From: Candidatus Latescibacterota bacterium
Lineage (GTDB): Bacteria; Latescibacterota; UBA2968
Assembly (NCBI GenBank): GCA_965198115.1
Contig: OZ240241.1
Span: 8,320,001 to 8,384,000, forward strand
DNA: 64,000 bases
Direction of reading: 5' to 3'
Shown: positions 1 through 8,546 of the stretch, piece by piece
Position numbering within the stretch: position 1 is the first letter of the stretch
How the letters are laid out: each line of letters starts with the position of its first letter
Translations under genes and position numbers: made by a program
Notes under the pieces: model-generated
The model's database searches: none
What the model was told of the DNA's origin: nothing
What the model saw: the letters and a program-made list of their open reading frames with translations, nothing else

Positions 1-1350
1 GGTTTCGCTCTGGACGTAAACGCCGAACTCATTGACGTCGTCCCTGTCTTCGTGTCGGCCGCTGATCGTACCCTCGGTTTTCGGGCGTGTCCGAAGAACA
101 TCCCCACCGTAGATGAAGGACTGTCGTTCGCCCAGGCGGGCCCGGTGTTGAAGTTGGAAAACGGTGAGGGTGGACTTGTCGACGATCGGGTCATCGGTTC
201 GGAGAAGGCGGGTGTTGTCCCCCGCGTCACTTCGGTTGTAGAAGACCTGGGCGAACCAATCCCGATATCTAACTCTGGCCTGCCCGAACGCGTAACGCCA
301 GTTGTCCGCGTGGGCGGCTCCCAGACCGGTCATCTCAAGGACCTTCGCCTGGCTCAGACCTGTAGACAGAATAATCTCCGTCTCTTCATTTGGGCGCAGA
401 TCCATACGTACTTCGCCCGAGAATCTTTCGAGATCGTAGTTGCCCTCTCTTGGGTTGCGCCCTCGATCTGCGACCTCGACGGAGTCGACGTATTCCCAGT
501 CATTGCCGGCGTAGTATTGGCCGGACGCTTTGATTCCGATCTTGCCGTTCGTGGACGAGGCGTGTCGAAACGAGAAATTCCTGAGGCTGCGCTCGCCACC
601 GCCTACGCCTAGCGTCGTTCCTTCGGAGCCGATGGGAGACTTTGTGATGATGTGAAGGACCCCATTCGCGCTGTTCGGCCCGTAGAGGGCCGAACCCGGA
701 CCGCGAACGACTTCGATCTGCTCCACGTCCTGGTTGGTGACGGGAATGAAGTTGTTGACGTTGATGCGGAGGGATGGAACGCGCGCGATCCGGTTGTCCA
801 TCAGTGTGAGGAAGGCGCCGGAGAAGACGTTGTTGAATCCTCGAGTAACGACGTTGTTCTGGACCAGACCCGTTTTGACAAAGTCGACACCCGGCTGGGA
901 ACGGATGTTCTCCGCCACGTTGAGGGCGGGTGTGCTGTTGACTTCGTCGCCGGTGATGACAGAAACGGAGGCCGGTGCGTCGAGCGCCTTCTGCTGGGAG
1001 CGCGATGCCGAGAGGATCAGCTGATCGTGTTCAAGCAGATCGGCTTGAAGTGTGACATCGAAGGCCAACTGCTCGGAAGTCAACTGGACAGAGCGGGAAA
1101 CGGTCTTAAAGCCGATGAAGGAAACGGTGACGCGATATTTCCCGTGCCCAAGGCCTCTGACTTCGTAGTGGCCCTGGTCGTTTGTGACGTCGCCCGCGGG
1201 CGCCTGGAGAGTGGTCCCTTCGACGACGACATTCGCACCGGGCAGAGGTTCCCCGGCGTCGTCGACGACACGGCCGGTGATCGTGCCCGTGGATTGAGCA
1301 AAAGTACTCGTCGCAAGCAGAATGGATGCGATGACCGTGAGTGCTCGCAT
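1..1350 (-). CDS. TonB-dependent receptor, 5' part (runs off the left edge)
   Basis: Missing from the ORF track. Manual translation from ATG 1350 (SD GGGAGGAG): MRALTVIASILLATSTFAQSTGTITGRVVDDAGEPLPGANVVVEGT (signal peptide + CarboxypepD_reg-like domain), then plug motif DVEQIEVVRGPGSALYGPNSANGVLHIITK; open to position 1. Confidence 0.93.
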   Translation of the reverse strand, partial: MRALTVIASILLATSTFAQSTGTITGRVVDDAGEPLPGANVVVEGTTLQAPAGDVTNDQGHYEVRGLGHGKYRVTVSFIGFKTVSRSVQLTSEQLAFDVTLQADLLEHDQLILSASRSQQKALDAPASVSVITGDEVNSTPALNVAENIRSQPGVDFVKTGLVQNNVVTRGFNNVFSGAFLTLMDNRIARVPSLRINVNNFIPVTNQDVEQIEVVRGPGSALYGPNSANGVLHIITKSPIGSEGTTLGVGGGERSLRNFSFRHASSTNGKIGIKASGQYYAGNDWEYVDSVEVADRGRNPREGNYDLERFSGEVRMDLRPNEETEIILSTGLSQAKVLEMTGLGAAHADNWRYAFGQARVRYRDWFAQVFYNRSDAGDNTRLLRTDDPIVDKSTLTVFQLQHRARLGERQSFIYGGDVLRTRPKTEGTISGRHEDRDDVNEFGVYVQSET

Positions 1351-1480
1351 GGATCTCCTCCCTAGGTCCAGCGGTGCCTTAAAGACCTGATTGCGAACAA
1401 TTTAGGACTGCAGTGAGGTCGAGCAAAGACGAAAAGCTCCTACCGCAGGGAGCGCAGAGGTCGCAGAAGGTTGAGGTTTC

Positions 1481-1526
1481 AGCCCTGGAAGGGCGGCATC
1501 CCTTAGCCCAGGGCGACAGCCCTGGG
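1481..1526. repeat. REP-like double palindrome
   Basis: GCCCTGGAAGGGC and CCCAGGGCGACAGCCCTGGG hairpins in the spacer between the two receptors; CGCAG(A/G)G repeats at 1444-1469. Confidence 0.55.
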
Positions 1527-1682
1527 TACCCGGTGGAGGAAGGAAGTCGTGCGCCGCTGTTGTCTATGGCGAGTCTCAAACACGTGAGGCATCGGCGCAC
1601 AGTCACGAGGACTAAAAAAGTTCCCCGATGACGATGGGCCCAAACCAAGCGATCTTATTCCCTGTTAAGGAAAAAACGCATA

Positions 1683-4157
1683 CTACAAGTCGATCTTGGT
1701 CCAGACGAAGAGGTTGCGCGTGGCGGCGGGGAAGAAGGCAGTCGCCTCGCCACGCGTTTCGTAGAGCGTGTCGAACAGGTTGTTGACGTCGATTCGCAGC
1801 TCGACGCGTTTGAGGCCGAGCTGGCGACCGAAGTCGTAGGCCAGGCCTAGGTTGGCTACCGTGTAGGCGTCGACCGAGAGGGATACGTAGTCGGGAACCG
1901 AACGGGCAGTGGGTGACTGGCGATTGTCTTCTGAATTGTCGGTGTATTGCTTACCGACGTGCTGGACAGCGAGCGAGGCTCTGAAGCCCTGACGTTCAAA
2001 CGTTGCCCGCACGTTGGCGAGGACGTCGGGGAAGCCCGAAATGCGGTTGCCGTCGAGGCTCGTTCCCTGTCCCGAAAAGTCGAAGACCGTGTGCTTTTTG
2101 AAGGTGTTGCGGGAGAGGCTGAGGTTGCCCTGAAGCGTAAAGTCACGAGCGATCCGGGCGGCGGCCGTTAGTTCTGCGCCCTTATGCAAGGTTTTATCCG
2201 CGTTGCCCGTGACTGGCTGGCCGAACTGATCGAGCTGACCGTTGCTGACGATTTCGTCGCGAAAGTCCATCCAGAATAGGTTGAGCGTCGCTCGGAAGGA
2301 GGGCGACGCGTAGCCGGCGCCGATCTCGATGTCGTTCAAGGTTTCGGGTTTCGCCAGAGGATCGTCGAAGTCGAAACGGCCGTTGGCGTTCTGCCTGAAC
2401 TGAGGCTGTACGAAGAAGCTGGAGTTCGCGGCATCGTAATAGTTGACAAGACGGGGCTCGCGCGTCGTGCGAGAAAAGCTTACGTAGCTGTGGACGCGGT
2501 CGGTCAGGTTGACGTTCAAACCGATACTGGGGTTGACGAAGAAAAGGGGAACCGTGAATTCGGTCCCGACGAACGCCTCGTCGAACAGACGGTATCGCTT
2601 GGCCGCCAGCTGAAGCTTCCCCTTGACGTTCACACGCTCATTGAGGCGGTGGCTGTGGTCGATATATGCACTCCCGATCCATTTTTCGCCCTTGTATTCG
2701 TAAAAGCGAAATTGCGGTGTGATCTCGGGAGGAAGGTTCTCTGCCCACCGGACCTTGCCCCAGTGAAGCGATTGGTGATACCGAAGCTCGAGACCGACTT
2801 CTGTCGTCGATCTGCTTCGTTCGATCGATAAACGAGGTAACCACCCACCTTGATGGTTGTTGACGAACGCGCGCACGAGCGATTCGCCCGGATTGCCGAC
2901 CGGAGTGAACCCGTTGTCGGCGGTCAGGCGATAATAGGTTTCGTCAGCCCATCCCGTTCCGTCGAAGTCGAAAAAGCCTCCGCCCTGGACATAAAAGAAA
3001 CTGTTGTGCAGCGTTTTGCTCTGGTCGATGGCGAATTCGTTGAGAATCTCGACGTGGGGCTGGTGGAAGTCTTCGATTTCCTCGTCGCCAACGATGGGGT
3101 TCTGCCTCCGTAGGTTCCGGTCTGCGAGGACGTTCACGCGAGCGCCGTTGATGGTTTGGAAGCGCTCCGTTCCGTAGAAGTTGAGATGGTCACGGTTGAG
3201 GCTGCCGTAGACGTGGATGCGCGTCGTCGAACGCGGCGTGTAATGTGCGGCGCCCGCGAAATAGGAGAGGAAGTCGACCCAGGCGCCACGGCGGTAGCCG
3301 TCCGTCATCGTTTTGCTGATGTGTGCGTTGAGGGCGAATCCGTTGTCGAGTAGGCCGGAGTTCAGCGTGAGGCCGACCTTGCGGGTGTCGTAGCTGCCGT
3401 ATCCGGTTGTGAGGGTGACTTTCGGATCGGGGGAGAACCGGTCAGTCTCGAGATTGACTGACCCACCGATGGCGGCCGGGCCGTAGAACGCACTGCCTGC
3501 ACCACGCTGTACTTGGACGTCTTCGAGGGACGAAGCGAGGTCGGGGAAGTTGATCCAGTAGACGCTGTGATCTTCGGGATCGTTTTGAGGAATTCCGTTG
3601 ATCATGACCGAAACGCGTCGGTGGTCGAACCCACGCAGGGTCAGGTAGGTGTAACCGATGTTGTTGCCCGATTCCGAATAGGTAGCGGCGGAAGGTGTTT
3701 CGGAAAGTACGGTCGGAATGCCCTGAGCGTGGAACCGGGTTTCGATCTCACGCTGGTCGATATTCGTGAATGCCACGGGAGATTCACGGTCGACAGCTCG
3801 TGTGGCTGTCACGGTCACGATCTGGCCTGGCAAGGTTGTGGGTGTGAGTCCTATATCGAGGGACAGTCCACGTTGAGGCACGTGGATCGAAGACCGATGA
3901 GGGCGGTAGCCGATGTGGCTGAAGCGCACGATGTAAGTGCCGGATGTCAGATCACCGACGAGATAGCCGCCGTCTTCGGCCGATACGCCGATTTGCCTGA
4001 TGCCCTGAACGTGGATGTTGACACCGGCCAGTGAGGTTCCGGTCTCGGCGTCCGTGATTCGGCCGGAAAGCGTCGAGGCGTGTGTGACTGAGAGGGGGAT
4101 GAAGAGACCGATGGTGGCGATCCATCGGAGGACCGAAGAGAATGCGATGCGTGTCAT
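1683..4157 (-). CDS. TonB-dependent receptor, probable thiamine/thiamine-precursor transporter (Omr1-like)
   Basis: 824 aa; signal peptide, N-terminal CarboxypepD_reg-like domain, plug motif VQVQRGAGSAFYGPAAIGGSVNL, barrel C-terminus VNNLFDTLYE...RNLFVWTKIDL; directly downstream of a TPP riboswitch. Confidence 0.92.
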   Translation of the reverse strand: MTRIAFSSVLRWIATIGLFIPLSVTHASTLSGRITDAETGTSLAGVNIHVQGIRQIGVSAEDGGYLVGDLTSGTYIVRFSHIGYRPHRSSIHVPQRGLSLDIGLTPTTLPGQIVTVTATRAVDRESPVAFTNIDQREIETRFHAQGIPTVLSETPSAATYSESGNNIGYTYLTLRGFDHRRVSVMINGIPQNDPEDHSVYWINFPDLASSLEDVQVQRGAGSAFYGPAAIGGSVNLETDRFSPDPKVTLTTGYGSYDTRKVGLTLNSGLLDNGFALNAHISKTMTDGYRRGAWVDFLSYFAGAAHYTPRSTTRIHVYGSLNRDHLNFYGTERFQTINGARVNVLADRNLRRQNPIVGDEEIEDFHQPHVEILNEFAIDQSKTLHNSFFYVQGGGFFDFDGTGWADETYYRLTADNGFTPVGNPGESLVRAFVNNHQGGWLPRLSIERSRSTTEVGLELRYHQSLHWGKVRWAENLPPEITPQFRFYEYKGEKWIGSAYIDHSHRLNERVNVKGKLQLAAKRYRLFDEAFVGTEFTVPLFFVNPSIGLNVNLTDRVHSYVSFSRTTREPRLVNYYDAANSSFFVQPQFRQNANGRFDFDDPLAKPETLNDIEIGAGYASPSFRATLNLFWMDFRDEIVSNGQLDQFGQPVTGNADKTLHKGAELTAAARIARDFTLQGNLSLSRNTFKKHTVFDFSGQGTSLDGNRISGFPDVLANVRATFERQGFRASLAVQHVGKQYTDNSEDNRQSPTARSVPDYVSLSVDAYTVANLGLAYDFGRQLGLKRVELRIDVNNLFDTLYETRGEATAFFPAATRNLFVWTKIDL

Positions 4158-4173
4158 GGTGTCTCCAACAACG

Positions 4174-4200
4174 AAAAAAGCCGCTCTGTAGAGAGCGGCT
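4174..4200 (-). terminator. Intrinsic terminator (riboswitch expression platform)
   Basis: Minus strand AGCCGCTCT-CTAC-AGAGCGGCT-TTTTT, between the TPP aptamer and the receptor start. Confidence 0.85.
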
Positions 4201-4225
4201 CGATGCTGGATTCACCGAAGTTGCT

Positions 4226-4296
4226 TCCGCTTCCCTACGCTGGCATTACCCAGATCAGGTTCACAGGGTGTGATCTCAGCCTCTCGGCACCCCTAT
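4226..4296 (-). promoter_or_regulatory. TPP (THI-box) riboswitch
   Basis: Minus strand AGGGGTGCCGAGAGGCTGAGATCACACCCTGTGAACCTGATCTGGGTAATGCCAGCGTAGGGAAG has the CTGAGA, ACCTGAT and TAATGCCAGCGTAGG hallmarks. Confidence 0.96.
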
Positions 4297-4387
4297 GCGG
4301 ATTCTGTTTCGCGATGTCTACTACGCCAAAACGTAGCGGAGTTGCGTGCACGTGTCAAGAACCCCGACAACAAAAACCTTGGGACCA

Positions 4388-4543
4388 CCCCTCGACTTCG
4401 CTCGGGATAAACTCCCCACACGGAATACACGGACGGAAAAGTAGAAGAGGCCCCACGAACGGTAGGCCAAGGACCCGACATTGTGGCGAGGCAGCCCGCT
4501 TCAGCGGGCTTCGCTGCCGTAGCGTGGGGCTTTAGCCCCACGT
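4388..4543. repeat. Cluster of REP-like palindromes
   Basis: CCCCTCGACTTCGCTCGGGA (4388-4407), GCAGCCCGCTTCAGCGGGCT and GTAGCGTGGGGCTTTAGCCCCACG (4491-4542; GTAG-headed hairpin). Confidence 0.6.
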
Positions 4544-4601
4544 CGTCGGGTTGAGCGACATATAAAACGGATTGTCGAGCAGGGTCGCGCAATGTTATCA
4601 C

Positions 4602-5621
4602 TCATGCCCTGCGCGCCAGCCCCTCTCGCAGCAGCTCTCCGTTGAGGAACCGGCTTTTTTGCGCGACGACGTTCGCATCGCGTTCGCCGGGGAGATAGAA
4701 GATGTCGGCGAGGTAGCGGTCGTAGCGATCGGGGCGGGTCGTTTTGGCGACGATGAAGTCGACGTCGGCGAGAGCGCGTTCGACGAATCGCTTCGCGCGA
4801 TGACCGGCTTCGGTCGGGAGCTCTGCCGTGTCGATGCCGCGGAATCGGAGCTTTTGCACGAGGATGTCGCCGTTTGGTGTGGTGAGGGTGACGGCGATCG
4901 TGTCGCCGTCGATGACGCGGGTGACCTTCAACTGATGGGTGAAGAGACGACGGGCGTGCGTGTCCACGTGGCGGATCGATATCTTCGAGCCGGCTGACTG
5001 ATCGACACGGACGATCGTGCCTTCCTCGAACGCACCGCTGCGAGACCTCGCTCGCCAGTAGAGGCTGAAGCCGAGATCGAGGTAGAGTCCGCTGGCGACG
5101 CTTTCGTGTGGACCCCGGACACGGTAGACGTTCAGATCGCCGCGGAGCGGTTTGAAAGCGGTCGACTGATGCGATTTCGGGGGCTTCGTGTGTGTGTCGG
5201 TTCGAATGGCCTCGGCCAACTGTCGAACAGACCAGTCCTCTTCCTGCGCCGCCGCGACGTAGTAGGCGCGAACTTCCTCATCCTGAATCCCAAGGATGCG
5301 GGTCACTTGGGTCCACGTCAAATCTCCGATCGATCGGAGATTTGGATAAAATCGATAGAATTTGAGCGATTCATAGAGCCGTTTCTCCGACATCCCGACG
5401 TCATCGGCCAATTGTGGAATGACGCGCGCACCGTATTCGGCCTGGCTTCCATCTACCGGCAGATGTCGGTGCAGCTCACGTCCGATTCGCCAATAGGCGT
5501 TGATTCGCTCGCGCTGAACCGCTTGCCTGGCACGCTCGAGGCTCTTGTCGAGAATGGTGCGGATCGCTGTACGAAGTCGAATGTAGTCTGGCGATGGTGC
5601 TATCGGCATCGGTTGCTCCAT
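4602..5621 (-). CDS. DUF1016 N-terminal (YhcG-like) domain fused to a thermonuclease (SNase) domain
   Basis: N-half NAYWRIGREL, AEYGARVIPQLADD, LTWTQV, WSVRQL (DUF1016_N). C-half VIDGDT, LRFRGIDTAEL, DRYDRYLADIF, LNGELLREGLA (SNase motifs). Confidence 0.85.
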   Translation of the reverse strand: MEQPMPIAPSPDYIRLRTAIRTILDKSLERARQAVQRERINAYWRIGRELHRHLPVDGSQAEYGARVIPQLADDVGMSEKRLYESLKFYRFYPNLRSIGDLTWTQVTRILGIQDEEVRAYYVAAAQEEDWSVRQLAEAIRTDTHTKPPKSHQSTAFKPLRGDLNVYRVRGPHESVASGLYLDLGFSLYWRARSRSGAFEEGTIVRVDQSAGSKISIRHVDTHARRLFTHQLKVTRVIDGDTIAVTLTTPNGDILVQKLRFRGIDTAELPTEAGHRAKRFVERALADVDFIVAKTTRPDRYDRYLADIFYLPGERDANVVAQKSRFLNGELLREGLARRA

Positions 5622-5792
5622 ATGGAGTGTGTGCTGCTCCCAAATACGATATCATGATAGGCATGCATCATGGAACGGGGCTAAAGCAAGCTACGTCGAA
5701 CGTACGAGACCTCCAGGGTCACATGAATATGGAGTATGCCACGAGGTGAGTGTGCTTCCGTATGACCTCGTGGTCGGGAGACGCCTGGAGGA

Positions 5793-6059
5793 ATGATGAT
5801 CCTCAAGCTGGTTATCGTACTTCTGCCCGTCCTCGCGATCCTCGTTATCTTCGTGATGGCCGGACGGAGCGCTCGCAAAAAGGGCAGCGGGAACATGACG
5901 ACCCTGTCACTGGGGGCGACGTATCATCTGTTGAGCGAAGACAAGAAGCGGGCGGCTGAGATCGTGGTGAAGCAGAACGCCGGGGCGAAGCTCAAGGAGC
6001 AGAGCTCCGAGGGGGACAAGGTGCCTCCCACCGATGGCGGCCTGCCAGCGGACGGTTGA
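5793..6059 (+). CDS. Small single-pass membrane protein, unknown function
   Basis: 88 aa, SD GGAGGA, N-terminal hydrophobic helix followed by a charged tail. Confidence 0.7.
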   Translation: MMILKLVIVLLPVLAILVIFVMAGRSARKKGSGNMTTLSLGATYHLLSEDKKRAAEIVVKQNAGAKLKEQSSEGDKVPPTDGGLPADG

Positions 6060-6199
6060 AACGACACCCCGAAACGCTGCTTGGGATGGCGACGTCTCAT
6101 AAGGTACCGAAGGTAATTGCCACAATGAAGGTCCTGTGTCGTGTCGACCGGTTTCCACCCGGCCCACAGCCCAGGGCCTTCTGTCTGTTGGGGGACCCC

Positions 6200-7068
6200 A
6201 TGATCGACCTGCAACTCAATGGAAAGATCGCTCTGGTGACCGGCGTGAACCACGGAATCGGAGTGGCCATAGCACGCGTTCTGGCATGTCAGGGCGCCAA
6301 GCTGTTCGCCATCGGATTCCGCGAAGTCTGCACTTACTCTCAGAAAGAGCTGGACGCCGCGATCGATTCGGGAGTCGGCGGTGATCCGCTCTACCGGGCC
6401 GGGCAGCAGCAGCCCGTCGACGAACGGTTGAGGAGATGGAGGGATGGGGAGGGACGGCTGTCGGCAAGGAGATGGATCTGGCCGATCCGCAAAACGTGCC
6501 TCGGCTGTTCGATCTCTGCGAAGCGGAGCTGGGTCCGGTCGACATTCTCGTGAACAACCACGCGTTCTGTGAGTCGGAGACGTTCGACCCGAAGTCGGTG
6601 AGCGATGAGGGGGCGGGCATCTTTCTCCCGTACGCGGAGAGGATCGATGCGCATTTCGCCGTTAACGCACGGGCCGTCGCGCTGATGATGTCGGAATACC
6701 TGGATCGATACCTTGCCAGGCAGGGCAGCTGGGGCCGCATCGTCAACATCAGTACGGATGCTGCGTGTTGCCATCCGTTCAACGTCAGCTACGCGGCCAG
6801 CAAGCACGCGATCGAATCCTACAGCCGATCGGCTGCGTGCGAAATGGGTCCCTACGGGATTACCGTGAATGTTGTTGCACCGGGGCCAACGCAGACAGGC
6901 TACATCACCCCCGAGATGGAGGCTGAGTGCATAGTCGACACGCCTCTCGGCCGGCTTGGGGAACCCGAGGACATCGCCGATGCGGTCTTGCTGCTGTTAT
7001 CGGAGCAAGCGCGTTGGATCACCGGCCAGCTGTTGTATGTGGGCGGTGGATACGCGATGCCGCGGTAA
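6200..7068 (+). CDS. SDR family oxidoreductase (FabG-like), one frameshift near 6430
   Basis: MIDLQLNGKIALVTGVNHGIG in one frame; DILVNNHA, GRIVNIS, SYAASK, ITVNVVAPG, WITGQLLYVGGG in the next frame. Confidence 0.88.
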
Positions 7069-7249
7069 TGGATCTCGCTGCGTTCCTGAGAAATCCTGTT
7101 GAATACCATAATCGGTTGATACTACGATAAGGAAGGACTCTCGCTTTCGAAAAGGCTCAGGCGGTTTCGAGCGCGTAGGCGAGGACAGCGCCGCCCTTCG
7201 CGACTTACTGAGGATCGTGTGCGAATCTACCGCCAAGAAGGAGTGAACC

Positions 7250-8239
7250 ATGCGTGACATCGTGGTCTTCAGTGGCAAAGCCCATCCTCAACTCTCCCAG
7301 GAGATCTGCCGTCATCTGGACGTCGAGCTGAGCGCGAGCACGCTGAATCATTTCAGCAACGACTGCATGCAGGTTCAGCTCGATGCGAACTGTCGGGAGG
7401 CGGATGTGTTCATCATCCAGCCGATCGTACCTCCGGTCCACGATAACCTGATGGAGTTGCTCCAGATGCTCGACGCGGCTCGGGGCGCCTCGGCTGCCCG
7501 GACGACGGCCGTCATGCCTTACTATGGTTATGCGAGATCAGACAAGAAGGACGCGCCGCGAATCTCGATCGCGGGGAGGCTCGTGGCCGATCTGCTGTCG
7601 ACCGCTGGTGCCGGTCGTGTTCTGACGATGACCCTGCACGCGCCACAGGTGCACGGCTTCTTCAGCGTACCGGTCGACTATCTGAACGCGCTCCACGTGC
7701 TCGCCCGCCACTTCAAGGATCGTGATCTGTCCAACGCGGTTGTCGTTTCCCCCGATCTCGGCCGGGCGAAGGAAGCGGCCCATTTCGCCAGACTGCTCGG
7801 GGTCGGGGTGGCTGCGGGCAATAAGCGCCGCATCAGTGACGAGAAAGTGGTGATCTATATGATCGTCGGTGATGTGGACGAAAAAGAAGTAATCGTGCTG
7901 GACGACGAGGTGGCGACGGGGGCGACACTGGTGGAGTTGATCGATCGGTTGCGCGAGCGAAACGTGAGCCAAGTGACGATCGCGTGTACGCACGGGCTGT
8001 TCACGGGGAAGGCGATGGATCGTTTCTGCGCGATTTCGGAGCTGAAGGAGATTGTGACGACCGATACGGTCCCATTGTCGGAGGAGATGGCGGCCGAGTC
8101 TAAAGTGACCGTTCTGTCGGTCGCCCCGTTGCTGGCCGAGACGATCAATCGGATCCATATGGGCAAGTCGGTCAGTAGTCTGTTCACGGCCCCCGATTGG
8201 GCGACAGGCGAGGATGTGGAATCGGCCGAGCCTGACTGA
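7250..8239 (+). CDS. prs: Ribose-phosphate pyrophosphokinase
   Basis: VMPYYGYARSDKKD, LHAPQVHGFF, VVSPDLG, VIVLDDEVATGATL, CTHGLF motifs. Confidence 0.96.
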   Translation: MRDIVVFSGKAHPQLSQEICRHLDVELSASTLNHFSNDCMQVQLDANCREADVFIIQPIVPPVHDNLMELLQMLDAARGASAARTTAVMPYYGYARSDKKDAPRISIAGRLVADLLSTAGAGRVLTMTLHAPQVHGFFSVPVDYLNALHVLARHFKDRDLSNAVVVSPDLGRAKEAAHFARLLGVGVAAGNKRRISDEKVVIYMIVGDVDEKEVIVLDDEVATGATLVELIDRLRERNVSQVTIACTHGLFTGKAMDRFCAISELKEIVTTDTVPLSEEMAAESKVTVLSVAPLLAETINRIHMGKSVSSLFTAPDWATGEDVESAEPD

Positions 8240-8281
8240 GGTTTTCAGTCTGATAGGCACAATGACCCGGCCGATTACCGA

Positions 8282-8478
8282 CCGATCACCCTGAGTTGAC
8301 GATTCGGAGAAATCAGTTCCAGACGATTGTATTTTGATTGACCGTCAGTATCGAAGGGCGATCGGTCGCCACAATGGTCTCTCTGCAGCGCCCACTCGCC
8401 CTTCGATACGGGGATCTATTTCATTCACATTGGCGGTGGTTCAGTGTGATTCGCGATTCCCCTACTCAGGGTGAGCGG
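8282..8478. repeat. Large nested inverted-repeat element (REPIN/MITE-like)
   Basis: Outer arms CCGATCACCCTGAGT (8282-8296) / ACTCAGGGTGAGCGG (8464-8478); inner arms GTATCGAAGGGCGA (8348-8361) / TCGCCCTTCGATAC (8396-8409). Confidence 0.75.
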
Positions 8479-8516
8479 GTCAGGACTCCTTGTGATGCAT
8501 CCGCCTTTGGGTTTTC

Positions 8517-8546
8517 CTGACAACTGACGCCTGACGACTGGCAACT
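8517..8546 (+). repeat. Heptamer tandem repeat abutting the permease 1 start
   Basis: CTGACAA CTGACGC CTGACGA CTGGCAA CT then GTG start. Confidence 0.8.

Noticed and set aside
52-1365. Plus-strand ORFs of 186 and 237 aa
   Set aside because: Antisense shadows of the minus-strand TonB receptor that the ORF track missed because it has no stop in the window
1351-1682. Possible cobalamin or other riboswitch before the first TonB receptor
   Set aside because: No B12-box or other aptamer consensus found; hairpins look like REP-type palindromes
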